From positions 99,149 to 131,148 of the forward strand of contig CAPOZU010000004.1 in NCBI GenBank assembly GCA_948676835.1: 32,000 bases of DNA. The letters are read 5' to 3'. Under the pieces are notes generated by a model that saw only the letters and a list, made by a program, of their open reading frames with translations, ran no database searches and was not told the DNA's origin. The stretch is from an uncultured Clostridia bacterium (GTDB lineage Bacteria; Bacillota; Clostridia; TANB77; CAG-508). Both the position numbers and the translations under genes were made by a program. Of this stretch, positions 1-11,200 are shown piece by piece (the stretch's first letter is position 1; every line of letters starts with the position of its first letter).

Positions 1-2243
1 ATAGTTTTTATTCCTTGGTTTAATAAGCTCATAACATGTCCATGTGCAAGTTTTGCAGGATAACAAACAGATTCTGAAGGCATAGATTCCATACCTTTTT
101 CATAAGTTTTTCTATTTGATTTTTCAGAAATAATAACTCTAAATCCTAACTTTGTAAGTAAAGTGAACCAGAACGGATAATCTTCATACATATTTAAAAC
201 CCTAGGGATTCCAATTGTTCCACGTTTAGCATCAGCCTCAGAAAGCGGTTGGTAACTGAATAATCTTTCGAATTTATATTTATAAATATTGGGTAATTCT
301 TTTTTATCTGAATTTTGATTTCCAGCACCTTTTTCACATCTGTTACCTGATATGAATCGTTTTCCATTTTCAAATGTGTTTATAGTTAATAAACAATTAT
401 TCTCGCAACCTTTACAACGAACATGTGAAATTTTTATATTTAGATTATCAAGTTCATCATTTTTAAAAATAGTTGATCTGTGAGTCATATCTAAATTACT
501 ATTATATTGTTCTTGTGCTAAAAGTGCTACACCATATGCGCCCATAAGTCCTGCAATATCTGGTCTAACGACCTCTCTTCCGACTATTAATTCAAAAGCA
601 CGAAGAACAGCATCATTGTAAAATGTACCACCTTGTACAACAATATTCTTTCCCAAAGTTTTTACATCTCTAACTTTCATAACTTTTTGAATTGCATTTT
701 TTATTATTGAATAAGAAAGTCCACTAGAGATATCACCTACAGAATATCCTTCTTTCTGAGCTTGTTTTATTTTAGAATTCATAAATACAGTACATCTAGA
801 ACCTAAATCTACAGGACCTTTTGATTTTAAAGCTTCTTCAACAAATTGCTCTATAGTTAAATCTAAGCTTTTAGCAAAAGTTTCTAGAAATGAACCACAT
901 CCTGAAGAACAAGCTTCATTTAGCATTATATTATCAATTGTATTTCCTTTCAATTTTATGTATTTCATATCTTGTCCACCGATATCGATAATACTGCTAA
1001 CTTTAGGTAAGAACTTCTTGGCAGCTGTATAATGTGCAATTGTTTCTATTTCATTTAAATCTACATTTAATGCAGTTTGAATTAATTTTTCACCATATCC
1101 AGTTACTCCGCTGAAACGAATAACAACTTTTTCAGGAAGAACTTTATATAATTTCTTTAGCATTGAAATAACGCTTTTTAGAGGATTTCCTTTATTATTT
1201 TCATATAAAGAATATAAAAGAGCACCTTCTTTATCAATTAAAACAAGTTTTGTTGTTGTTGAACCAGCATCTATTCCTAAAAAAGCATCACCTTCATAAG
1301 TAGATAATTCATTTCTTTTAACTTTATCTTTATCATGTCTTGCTTTAAATTCTTCGTAATCTTTATCAGTAGCAAATAGTGGATCTAAAGTTTGACCTTC
1401 AATAAATTTTGCGTCTTTAAATGATTTTAATCTTTCTTTTAAATCCTTAGATTCAATTTGCTCTGTTTCGACAGAAGCATAAGCAGCACCAGTGGCAACT
1501 AGAAGATGTGCATTGTTTGGAATAATAATTTTATCATCAGTTAATTTTAAAGTTTCAATAAATCTTTTTCTTAATTCAGAAAGATAATTTAATGGACCTC
1601 CTAAAAAAGCAACTTTACCTTTTATAGGTCTACCTTGAGCTAGACCACTAATTGTTTGATTAACAACAGCTTGAAAAATTGAAGCAGAAATATCTTCTTT
1701 TCTAGCACCTTCATTTAACAAAGGTTGAATATCAGTTTTTGCAAAAACACCACAACGAGAGGCAATAGGGTAAATTGTTTCATAAGTTTTTGCAAGTTCA
1801 TTTAATCCATCTGTATCTGTATTAAGTAAAGATGCCATCTGGTCTAAAAATGCTCCTGTACCACCAGCACAGGTACCATTCATTCTTTGTTCAATAAATT
1901 TATCAAAGTATATAATTTTAGCATCTTCACCGCCAAGTTCAATTACAACATCAGTTTGTGGAATTAATTTTTCAACAGCCGATTTACATGATATAACTTC
2001 TTGTATAAAATTAACATTTAATATTCGTGATATATCAAGTGCACCAGAACCTGTTAATGACATTGTGAATTTATTATCTGGATAGTCTTTTACAAGTTTA
2101 TTTAAAACATTATATAAGGTACTTTTTGTATCTGAATAATGTCTTTCATAATTTGAATAAACTATATTTAAATCTGTATCTAAAATTACAATTTTAACTG
2201 TTGTTGAGCCAATGTCTAATCCAACATGTAATAATTCTTTCAT
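1..2243 (-). CDS. Acyl-CoA dehydratase activase-type protein: two BadF/BadG/BcrA/BcrD-type ATPase modules plus the start of the activase-associated C-terminal region. Partial; the 3' end lies beyond the left edge.
   Basis: Absent from the ORF track because it has no stop codon in the window. Manual minus-strand translation starts at ATG 2243-2241, preceded by GGGAGAT(aaaa)ATG. It reads [22 protein letters not shown]...[13 protein letters not shown]..., then a second ATPase module ...[17 protein letters not shown]...IGGQDMKYI..., then ...[10 protein letters not shown]...[12 protein letters not shown].... These are typical of the long clostridial 2-hydroxyacyl-CoA dehydratase activator-like proteins. 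Confidence 0.8.
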   Translation of the reverse strand, partial: MKELLHVGLDIGSTTVKIVILDTDLNIVYSNYERHYSDTKSTLYNVLNKLVKDYPDNKFTMSLTGSGALDISRILNVNFIQEVISCKSAVEKLIPQTDVVIELGGEDAKIIYFDKFIEQRMNGTCAGGTGAFLDQMASLLNTDTDGLNELAKTYETIYPIASRCGVFAKTDIQPLLNEGARKEDISASIFQAVVNQTISGLAQGRPIKGKVAFLGGPLNYLSELRKRFIETLKLTDDKIIIPNNAHLLVATGAAYASVETEQIESKDLKERLKSFKDAKFIEGQTLDPLFATDKDYEEFKARHDKDKVKRNELSTYEGDAFLGIDAGSTTTKLVLIDKEGALLYSLYENNKGNPLKSVISMLKKLYKVLPEKVVIRFSGVTGYGEKLIQTALNVDLNEIETIAHYTAAKKFLPKVSSIIDIGGQDMKYIKLKGNTIDNIMLNEACSSGCGSFLETFAKSLDLTIEQFVEEALKSKGPVDLGSRCTVFMNSKIKQAQKEGYSVGDISSGLSYSIIKNAIQKVMKVRDVKTLGKNIVVQGGTFYNDAVLRAFELIVGREVVRPDIAGLMGAYGVALLAQEQYNSNLDMTHRSTIFKNDELDNLNIKISHVRCKGCENNCLLTINTFENGKRFISGNRCEKGAGNQNSDKKELPNIYKYKFERLFSYQPLSEADAKRGTIGIPRVLNMYEDYPFWFTLLTKLGFRVIISEKSNRKTYEKGMESMPSESVCYPAKLAHGHVMSLLNQGIKT

Positions 2244-2554
2244 TTTTATCTCCCATTTAAAAATATATATAAAATGTTCATATTATTTTTTAACAAAATA
2301 TGATTAAATTTTACTTAAAAATTCATAAGTAATAAGTATATTTTATAAGGTTTATCGAAATTTGTCAATGTTTATATTTCCCGTATTTCCCTAAACAAGA
2401 AGGGATTTTTTAGCAATAAAAATGCATAAAATTAAGTAATATGAATAACATTATAAAAAAGTAGATTGCAAGACACTTTAAATACCTTAAAAATTAATGT
2501 TTTATTAATTTTTTTGATAAGAAATGTTTGTACGAAAAAGTAGGAGGAAAAGCT

Positions 2555-3070
2555 ATGCAAAAATGGATAATATTAGGTGTTATTTTTATAATATTAATTT
2601 TAACCACAGTTATTGTATTAAATGTGGATATCGAGACTGAATACACGCCAGAAACAGAGATTGAAGAAACAGAATTGAGGAAAACAATTATAACATTGTA
2701 TTTCTTAGATAAGAATACAGGCGAACTTGCCAAAGAAAGTAGACTAATTGATTCTAAAGAATTGATTATAAAACCCTATGAAGAAGTAATAAATATGTTG
2801 ATAAATGGACCAGAAAATTCAAATTATGAAAGAATAATTCCAGAAAATGTTAAATTGTTAGAAACTAAACTAGAGGCTGATTGTTTAGTAATTAATTTTA
2901 GTAATGAAATTTTAGAAAGTATGAGAGATGAGAGTAAAAAAGTTAAAATAACAGAATCCATATATCAATCTTTGAAAGAATTTACAGAGATTAATAGTGT
3001 AAAAATTTTAGTGGAAAATCAAGAAATAGAAGGGATTCCAGAAGTTACGACAGAAAATAATGAAATATAG
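2555..3070 (+). CDS. GerMN-domain (sporulation/germination GerM-like) membrane-anchored protein
   Basis: The track ORF 2528-3070 starts at TTG. I prefer ATG 2555, which is preceded by GTAGGAGGAAAAGCT. It has an N-terminal hydrophobic anchor (WIILGVIFIILILTTVIVL). The pattern ITLYFLDKNTGELAKESRLI...MLINGPEN...IPENVKLL...LVINFSNEI...SLKEFTEINSVKILVEN matches the GerMN layout. Confidence 0.65.
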   Translation: MQKWIILGVIFIILILTTVIVLNVDIETEYTPETEIEETELRKTIITLYFLDKNTGELAKESRLIDSKELIIKPYEEVINMLINGPENSNYERIIPENVKLLETKLEADCLVINFSNEILESMRDESKKVKITESIYQSLKEFTEINSVKILVENQEIEGIPEVTTENNEI

Positions 3071-3140
3071 AAATGCGTTTGACATATAATATAATGAATG
3101 CTATAATAATTATAGATTAAAACGAAAATCATTATATTTA

Positions 3141-3176
3141 AAATCCCCATAACACAAGCACTGTTATGGGGATTTG
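3141..3176 (+). terminator. Hairpin downstream of the GerM-like gene (candidate intrinsic terminator)
   Basis: AAATCCCCATAACA (3141-3154) pairs with TGTTATGGGGATTT (3163-3176) around an 8-nt loop. The trailing U-tract is short (TTT). Confidence 0.5.
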
Positions 3177-3210
3177 CCTACTTATGTAATTGTTTAATAA
3201 TGGAGGAAAA

Positions 3211-3957
3211 ATGGACCTATTAGAAAATGAAAGAATAGATGATTTAGAATTTAAAAATTTGAAAATAATTCAAAATAGATTAGGGTTTTGTTTTGGAATA
3301 GATAGTGTATTATTATCAGATTTTGCAAAAGGAATAAAGAAAAATTCAATAGTTGTAGATATAGGAACAGGAACAGGAATTATATCTATTTTATTATCAG
3401 CTAAAACAGATATTAAAAAAATATATGGTATTGAAATTCAAGAAGATGTAGCAAATATGGCCAAAAGAAGTGTAGCTTTAAATGAATTAGAAGACAAAAT
3501 AGAGGTAATAAACACAAATATAAAAGATATATTTAATTTCTTAGAACCAAATAAAATAGACGCAATAGTAACAAATCCACCATATATGAAATTAAATACA
3601 GGAGCACAAAATGAGGAAAAGAAAAAATTAATATCTAGACATGAAGTGGAATGCACATTAGAAGATATAATTAAAATTAGTTACAAGCTATTAAAAAGCA
3701 ATGGAGAATTTTATATGGTACATAGGGCAGAAAGGATTGTAGATATTTTATATTACTTAAGGCAATATAAATTGGAGCCAAAAGTTTTAAGATTTATTCA
3801 GCCTAAAGAGAATAAAGAACCAAATCTTGTGCTAATAAAAGCAGTAAAAAATGCAGGTTATCAATTAACACTTGAAAAACCATTAATTATATATAATAAT
3901 GATGGTAGCTATACAGATGAAATTTTAGAAATATATAATAAAAAGGGAGAAAAATAA
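3211..3957 (+). CDS. SAM-dependent N6-adenine methyltransferase, tRNA1(Val) (adenine37-N6)-methyltransferase-like (YabB/TrmN6 family)
   Basis: ATG 3211 is preceded by TGGAGGAAAA; the track TTG at 3190 is less likely. It has a SAM-binding motif VVDIGTGTGIISILL and the catalytic NPPY motif (VTNPPYMK). It sits directly upstream of rsmI, as yabB-yabC does in Bacillus. Confidence 0.8.
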   Translation: MDLLENERIDDLEFKNLKIIQNRLGFCFGIDSVLLSDFAKGIKKNSIVVDIGTGTGIISILLSAKTDIKKIYGIEIQEDVANMAKRSVALNELEDKIEVINTNIKDIFNFLEPNKIDAIVTNPPYMKLNTGAQNEEKKKLISRHEVECTLEDIIKISYKLLKSNGEFYMVHRAERIVDILYYLRQYKLEPKVLRFIQPKENKEPNLVLIKAVKNAGYQLTLEKPLIIYNNDGSYTDEILEIYNKKGEK

Positions 3958-4794
3958 ATGTCTGGTAAATTATATTTAGTAGCAACACCAATTGGAAATT
4001 TAGATGATATAACAATTAGAGCATTAAATGTTTTAAAAGAAGTGGACTTGATTGCAGCAGAGGATACAAGGCATACACTTGGTCTTTTAAATCATTTTGA
4101 GATTTCAAAACCATTGATTAGTTATTATAAACAAACAGAAAAAGCAAGAAGTGAAATTTTAATAGAAAAATTAAAAGAAGGCAAAAATATTGCAATTGTT
4201 TCTGATGCAGGAACTCCAGGAATTTCTGATCCAGGTGAAGAGATTGTAAAAGTTGCTATAGAAAATAGCATAGAAATTATTCCTATACCTGGAGCGTGTG
4301 CGGCTATAAATGCATTAATTGCATCAGGATTATCAACAAAAGAATTCTCATTTATAGGATTTTTATCTGCTGTAAAAAAAGAAAAGAAAGAAAAGCTTGA
4401 AGAAATAAAATATGAAACAAGAACGTTAATATTATATGAAGCTCCTCATAAATTAAAAGGGACTTTAGAAATGATTTTAGAAGTTCTAGGTGATAGAAAG
4501 ATTGTCTTAGCAAGAGAATTAACCAAAATTCATGAAGAATTTATAAGAGATAAAGTAAGTTCAATATTAGATAAAATAGAAACAATAAAAGGTGAATTTG
4601 TTATATTAATTGAAGGAAGTTCAGTATCTAAAAAAGATATTGAAGAGGAAAATATAAATAGTTTATCTTTAGATGAACATTATGATTTATATAAAAATGA
4701 AGGTCTTAGCAAAAAAGAAATTATAAAAAAAATAGCTAAAGATAGAAACGTAAATAAAAATGAGATTTATCAATATTTTATTAATAAAGAATAG
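3958..4794 (+). CDS. rsmI: 16S rRNA (cytidine1402-2'-O)-methyltransferase RsmI
   Basis: The N-terminus MSGKLYLVATPIGNLDDITIRALNVLKEVDLIAAEDTRHT, plus SDAGTPGISDPG and YEAPHKL, are hallmark RsmI (tetrapyrrole-methylase fold) motifs. Its ATG abuts the stop of the upstream methyltransferase (TAAATG). Confidence 0.9.
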   Translation: MSGKLYLVATPIGNLDDITIRALNVLKEVDLIAAEDTRHTLGLLNHFEISKPLISYYKQTEKARSEILIEKLKEGKNIAIVSDAGTPGISDPGEEIVKVAIENSIEIIPIPGACAAINALIASGLSTKEFSFIGFLSAVKKEKKEKLEEIKYETRTLILYEAPHKLKGTLEMILEVLGDRKIVLARELTKIHEEFIRDKVSSILDKIETIKGEFVILIEGSSVSKKDIEEENINSLSLDEHYDLYKNEGLSKKEIIKKIAKDRNVNKNEIYQYFINKE

Positions 4795-4806
4795 AAAATT
4801 TTTGTG

Positions 4807-4842
4807 AGAGAGTTAAATTAAAATTAACTCTCTATTTTTTTT
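4807..4842 (+). terminator. Intrinsic terminator after rsmI
   Basis: AGAGAGTTAA (4807-4816) pairs with TTAACTCTCT (4824-4833). A T8 tract follows at 4835-4842. Confidence 0.75.
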
Positions 4843-4865
4843 GTAAAAATAATTTCTCTGCACAT

Positions 4866-4887
4866 TTGCATGACATATGTGATGCAA
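4866..4887. promoter_or_regulatory. 22-bp near-perfect palindrome (candidate operator) upstream of the adhesin leader region
   Basis: TTGCAT-G-ACATATGT-G-ATGCAA is self-complementary at 20 of 22 positions. It lies in the 490-nt intergenic region ahead of the leader ORF and giant adhesin. Confidence 0.35.
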
Positions 4888-5033
4888 TGCAACTATTACC
4901 ATATTAATATTTATACCGTAAGGCTTTTACTAAATTTTAACAATTTCTGTAATATTTCTGTTACATATTTCGAAATACTAATAAATTATACTAAAAATAA
5001 CTAATATAGATTAATAAGAAAGGAAAGTTGCAG

Positions 5034-5213
<180 letters not shown>

Positions 5214-5287
5214 AGGTCTATTTTTATTGTGTTTGAAACTATATAAAGATTAGTAAAAATACAAAAGAATGGAAGGAAGAGATAAAA

Positions 5288-8200
5288 ATGAAGATAAAAC
5301 TTAACTTAAAAAACAAAAAATTAGTAGTATTAAGTATACTTGCAAGTATTCTTGTAATTACAGGAATTGTTTGCTTTGTTCTTAATCAATCTAAAGTTGA
5401 TAATTACATATATAACTCGGATTTAAAGAGAGCAGAAATTGAGCAGATGAAAACGTATGACCCTGTAAAAGATAACGAATCACAAGTAGAAGGTTGTCCG
5501 AATGTAGAATTTGATGCATTCTTTACAAAAGACTTAGATGGAGACGGATATACAGAAGGTGTTCGTGGTTCATGTATTCAAATAGGTAATCAAGATACGA
5601 TTTATATGGAATTACAAGTAAATATTAATGGAGAATTGAAAAATGCAAGAATAGATATAAATAGTGATAATTTCTACTTTGAAACAGTACTTCCTAAAAG
5701 TGAAGATGTAGTAGAAAATGCAATTTCAGATAATACAAAAACAATACATTTAAAAAATATTGGGGCTGGAAAACAAATAACTTTAACAGGAAATGTAAAA
5801 TCAGGAGTTTATTCTTCTGCTAGTAGAACAGCGGAAGCTATAGGAAATGATATTACAAAACTGAGCAACAATGAAAATAGTGAAAATAGAAATAGTATTA
5901 CATTAACAGGTACATATGTAATTATTGATGAAAACGGAAATAATGTTGAAAAAGATATAAGTAAAACGGTATATTTTGACTTAGATTGGCATGGAACAAC
6001 ACACACATCATTACCAGCATTTTTGGGTGAAAATTATAATTTTAATTATAAAGATCAAGATAAAAATTTAGAAGGAGTTGTTGATGAAGAAAAAGGAGAA
6101 GTTAAATTAAGTTTTGAAATTTTAACAAGAGAAGATGATTATCAATTAAATTTAAGTAAGTCAGAAATTGAGATAGAAATTCCAAAATTAAATGGATGTG
6201 CTCCAAAAAATGTTGAGGCAATAGATGCAGATGTAGAAAAAATTCTAAATCAAGAAGAGATTATTGGAGCTAAAGTAACTAAAACAGCAATTTTGGATGA
6301 AAACGGAGAAAAAGTTCAAAAAGAAGCCTATACAGATACATATTCATATACAAATGATCATTATAGATATAATAAATTTAAATTAATAATAACATATCCA
6401 ATAGAAGCTTATGATGCTATTGGAGCAGATACTATACAATTAATAATGCCAGTTAAGGCATATTATGAAGGATATAATAATACAAGTGAGTATTTTATGA
6501 ATCCTTATAAATCAGAAGTAGCAGAAGATTCTGTAATACTTACTTTCAGTAACCCTCAAGGAAGAGGAGCTATTTTCCATGTTCGTATAGGAAAATATAG
6601 ATCATATCCATGGTATCAATATATGGTATCTAATAGAAATCCAATAAGAATTTGGAATGGAATTGGAGAAAATATTAAAAATGATACGTATGAAGTAAGA
6701 TGGGAAGCTTATACAGGAACAGAAGGAGAAAATAAAAAATTAACAATAAAAGAAAATAATACAGAACATGAAATCAAATTATCAGATGAACTTTTCGTTG
6801 GAAATGAAAGCATTAGTATGGAAGACTTTGTAAGCAATGTTGGAATATATTTTGGAGACCCAACAGTTATGCTTGGAAAAGATGGATGGATAAAAATATA
6901 TGATGACGATGATGAAGAATCAGAGCCATTAGTAACTTTTACAATAAATGATTGGAATAAATATAATAAATCCAATCCATATAGGTATGATGAACCTGTA
7001 AAACATATAAGAGTAGAAACAAGTGAAACAAAGAGTAATAGTACATTGTATGTTTACAATATAAAAGAAATAGATACAAACTATGTAACAGATAATTTTA
7101 GTAAAGAGGATTACTTAAAATATGACAGAATTCGCTCAAGAGTTAATGGATATGCAGATGGTGGTTATGTAAATGAAGACATAAATTGGGCTTATTATCA
7201 AAAAACAGAATCACTTGCGCAAGTTTCACTAAGCAATAATAAAATATCAACAACAGAAACACATAATTTAAAAATATATATTGATACACTCGTAGATGAA
7301 GAAAACAATCAAGAAAAATGGAAAAATGGTATGTTTTTATTAAAGCTTCCAAAGGAATTGACTTCAGTAGAAATTAAAGATGTTTATACAGAAAATAAAG
7401 AACTAAAAAATCCTTTAAATTATGAAATTTATGTAGAAGATGGATATACATTTATAAAAATAATAACAGAGAACGTAGAGCCTACGTCATATAGAATAAC
7501 AGTAGATTGTGATGTTACACCAGATTCAACATCATTAACTCAAACTAAACCTGTAGAATTATATGCTATTAACGAAAATTGTGAAAATTATCCAAATGGA
7601 TATAGTACACAAGATATATATGATTTAAATGATAATTCAAATTTCACAGAATTAGTGAACTATTTAACTACCTCATTAAATCTTATATCCACAAATAATT
7701 TATTAACAAGTGAGTATATAAGCAATTACGATAAAACAGGAACAAACAAAACATATTCACCAAAAGTAGCAGGAGTTTCAAGAGAAGATAGAACAGCAAG
7801 AATAAATGTTGTAGTAAATAACAATTATTCAGGAACAAATAGTGAAGTTATAATTTTAGGAAGAATACCGTTTAAAGGAAATAAATATGTTGAAGAAAAC
7901 AATGAGAATGATATGAAATCTGAATTTACAGCAATAATGAACAGTTCAGGAATTGTTGTACCAGAAGAATTAAAAAATATAGTGACTGTATATTATAGTG
8001 AAAATGGAGAAGCAACAACAGAGTTTAACGAGACTAATGATTGGCAAGATGCACCTATGGACTTTAGCAAAGTAAAAAGTTATATGATTTACTTTGATAA
8101 AAATTATAAACTACAAAGAGGAGAGCAACATGAGTTTTACTATGATGTAACAATACCAAAAGAAGTTGTATTAAATACAGAAAGTTATAGTCATCATGAA

Positions 8201-11200
8201 GTATCTTTTTGCTGGGATACACCACAAGGAAAACGCCCAACAAAAGTAAGACCAGGAAAAGTTGGGATAACTCCAGTTGAAAAATTTAATTTGCAGTTAA
8301 CTAAATTTCAAACTGGAATAGAGAAGCGTGTTCCAGGTGCATATTATAGTGTTACTGAAATAAAAACAAATGAAATGGGCGAAGAAGAAAGAATTAATTC
8401 AAAATCAGCTAGAACAAAAGAAGATGGCACATTGATAATATCAGATTTAAACATTGATAGATTATATGAAATTAAAGAAATTAAATCACCAGATACTCAT
8501 GAATTAAATTCAGATACTATTAGAATTTTGGTAAGTATAAATGATGAAACAGGAGAATTATATGTAGAAAAAAAGTCTGGAAAAACTAGAACAGATATAA
8601 TTGTTAACCAAGAAGAAAGAATAATATATTTAGAAGTTGAAGATAACCCTTCAGCAAAATTAAAAATACAAAAAACAGATAAAGATAATAGTGAAATAAA
8701 AATTGCAAATGTTAGATATAAAATAATAGGAGATAATTTGCCAGAATCAGGAAGTATTGTAACAACCAACAAAGATGGTATAGCAGAAATACAAGGTCTA
8801 ACAATTGGAAAAAAATATATATTACAAGAAACTAAAGCAGCAAATGGATATTATTTAGAGGAAGCTACTGTAGAATTTACTATATTAACAAGTGATTATA
8901 TAAATTATGATATAGAAGTAAGCGGAAATATTAAAGATTCAAATATAGAAATAATAGAAAACTCTCCAGCAATAACTTTTAATTTAACAAATGAAAGAAT
9001 ACCAATATTTAAAATAGTAAAAACAGATAAAAATACAGGAGAAAGATTAGGAAAAGTAAAATATAAATTAAAAGGAAAAGGTTTTGTAGAAAATGGATCA
9101 AAACTCATTACAAATGAGCAAGGAGAAATTCAGTTATCAACACTTTATCTAAATGAAGAATATATCCTTGAGGAAACAAAGGCTTTAGAAGGATATTATA
9201 CAAAAGCAGGAGAAATAAAATTTCAAATATTAAACAATAACGGAAATTATAGTTTAAAAATAAACAGTGGCGAAGATATTATAAAATCGACAGAATCAAC
9301 ATATACAAATGGAATACCAACATTAATATTATATATGGAAAATGAGAGAATCCCTACATTCAATTTAGATATAACAAAGATTGAAAAAGATAATCTTGAA
9401 GTTCTTTTACAAGGCGCAAAGTTTAGATTATATAGAGACGAAAAATTAGTAGGTGAAGCGATTTCAAACGAACAAGGAAAACTTGAATTTAAAAACTTAT
9501 ATCAATATGAGGAGGGAAAAGACTTCAATTCTACATACACATTAACAGAAGCAGAGGCGCCAAATGGATATACTACAATGAAAGATATCACATTTAGAGT
9601 ACAAAATGTTGATGGAATATTAAAGTTTATAGAAGAAAGTAATAATATAGAAAGCCCAAGAAGTTATGAAGTTGTTGAAAATACAATAAAGTTAGTATTA
9701 GAAAATTCCCCATCATTTAAACTAATAAAAGTAGATGGTGAGAAAAAAGAAGAGGTTAGATTACCAAATACAAAATTTGTAATTTACAATATAGATACAG
9801 ACGAAGAGGTTCCAGCAGTAGATAGTAAAGGAAATATTGTTGGTATAAAAGAGACAATTGATAGAAATGAATATTATACTTTAACAACAGATTCAAATGG
9901 AGAGTTCACAGTAGATTTAGCAGAAGGGTTTTATAAAGCAATAGAAGTAAAAGCCAATAGTGAAAAATTTGATATCACAAATCAAACATATTATTTTGGA
10001 ATTGGAAAATCTAAAAAAAGTGTCGAGTTAAAATTAGATTCAGCAAATTCAATGCTTATCTGTAGTCCTGATATGATGATAAATACAGTTGACGGTGGAA
10101 CAATAAGATATAGAAATATTAATAGAAATGAAGAAGTTGACATAGGAAACGGTAATATTATAAAAATAGCTCCAGATGTTGAATGTGAAGGTGTGATTGC
10201 TAAGTATGATAGTTTAGGAAATCTTGAATGGTATAATCAAATAAAAATATCTGAGTATAATGAAAGCTATAAATATCATAATTTTTCAAATATACATAAT
10301 ATAATAGAAAATTCATTAGGAGAGATTATTGTAAAAATTGTATCTACTGGTAAAGGTATACAAGTTGCAGATAATAATATTATTACGAATCCACATACAG
10401 GGGCTGGCATAGACTTACTTGTAAAGTATGATAATAATGGAAATGTATTAGATTATACAGAAGGCGATATAATAAATTGTTCAGACTACTATGGAAATGC
10501 AACTAGTTATTTAATTAATAATGATGTTGTGTTTTTAGAATTAAATGGAGAATCATTTGACATAGGCAATGGAAATATTTTAAGAAATGATAAACAATAT
10601 AGAAAATGTGATGGACATTATAATGGAAACGGTTCTTATTCTGAACATGGTACTGATTTATCTAATTGTGATAATCAGATAGATGCATATTATAATAGTT
10701 GCTATATGATTAAGTATAATGAAAATAAAGAAATCGAATGGTATAAAAAAATAAGTGCTAACGAAGATAATGTTAATATACAAAATATCTTAAAATTTGG
10801 AGATGAATATACCTTTACACTATTCTCAGAAAGACATTTAGAAATAGAAATTAATTTTGGAAATAAAGTAATTCCAAATCAATCAACTATATTATATGAC
10901 ATAAATCAAACAGAAAATGAGGCTATTGTAACTCCTTATAGTATACTTAGCATTGATAGTAGCGGCTTTTGGGCATATAAACATTTTGAAAAAGAAATAG
11001 GATCGATAACATTACCTAATGGAGAGAGTGTATATGGAGATGCGGATGTTAGTTATTTGTTGATAAGATTTAATTCTGAAGGAGTTGTACAGTGGTATAC
11101 AGTATTTGACGATAAATTAATTGAAGATGGGATAAATTATAATGAAGGCTATACTTTTGCTAATGAAACAAAAAATAATGGATATATAATTGGAACGGTA

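Noticed and set aside
2388-2411. Small hairpin TCCCT-N8-AGGGA followed by T6 in the divergent intergenic region
   Set aside because: The stem is only 5 bp. No upstream plus-strand transcription unit exists for it to terminate. Such structures are likely to occur by chance in AT-rich intergenic DNA.
2528-2554. Upstream TTG starts given by the ORF track (2528, and also 3190 and 24739)
   Set aside because: Each has an in-frame ATG a few codons downstream with a much better placed GGAGG-type RBS (2555, 3211 and 24757). The TTG extensions add no plausible protein sequence.
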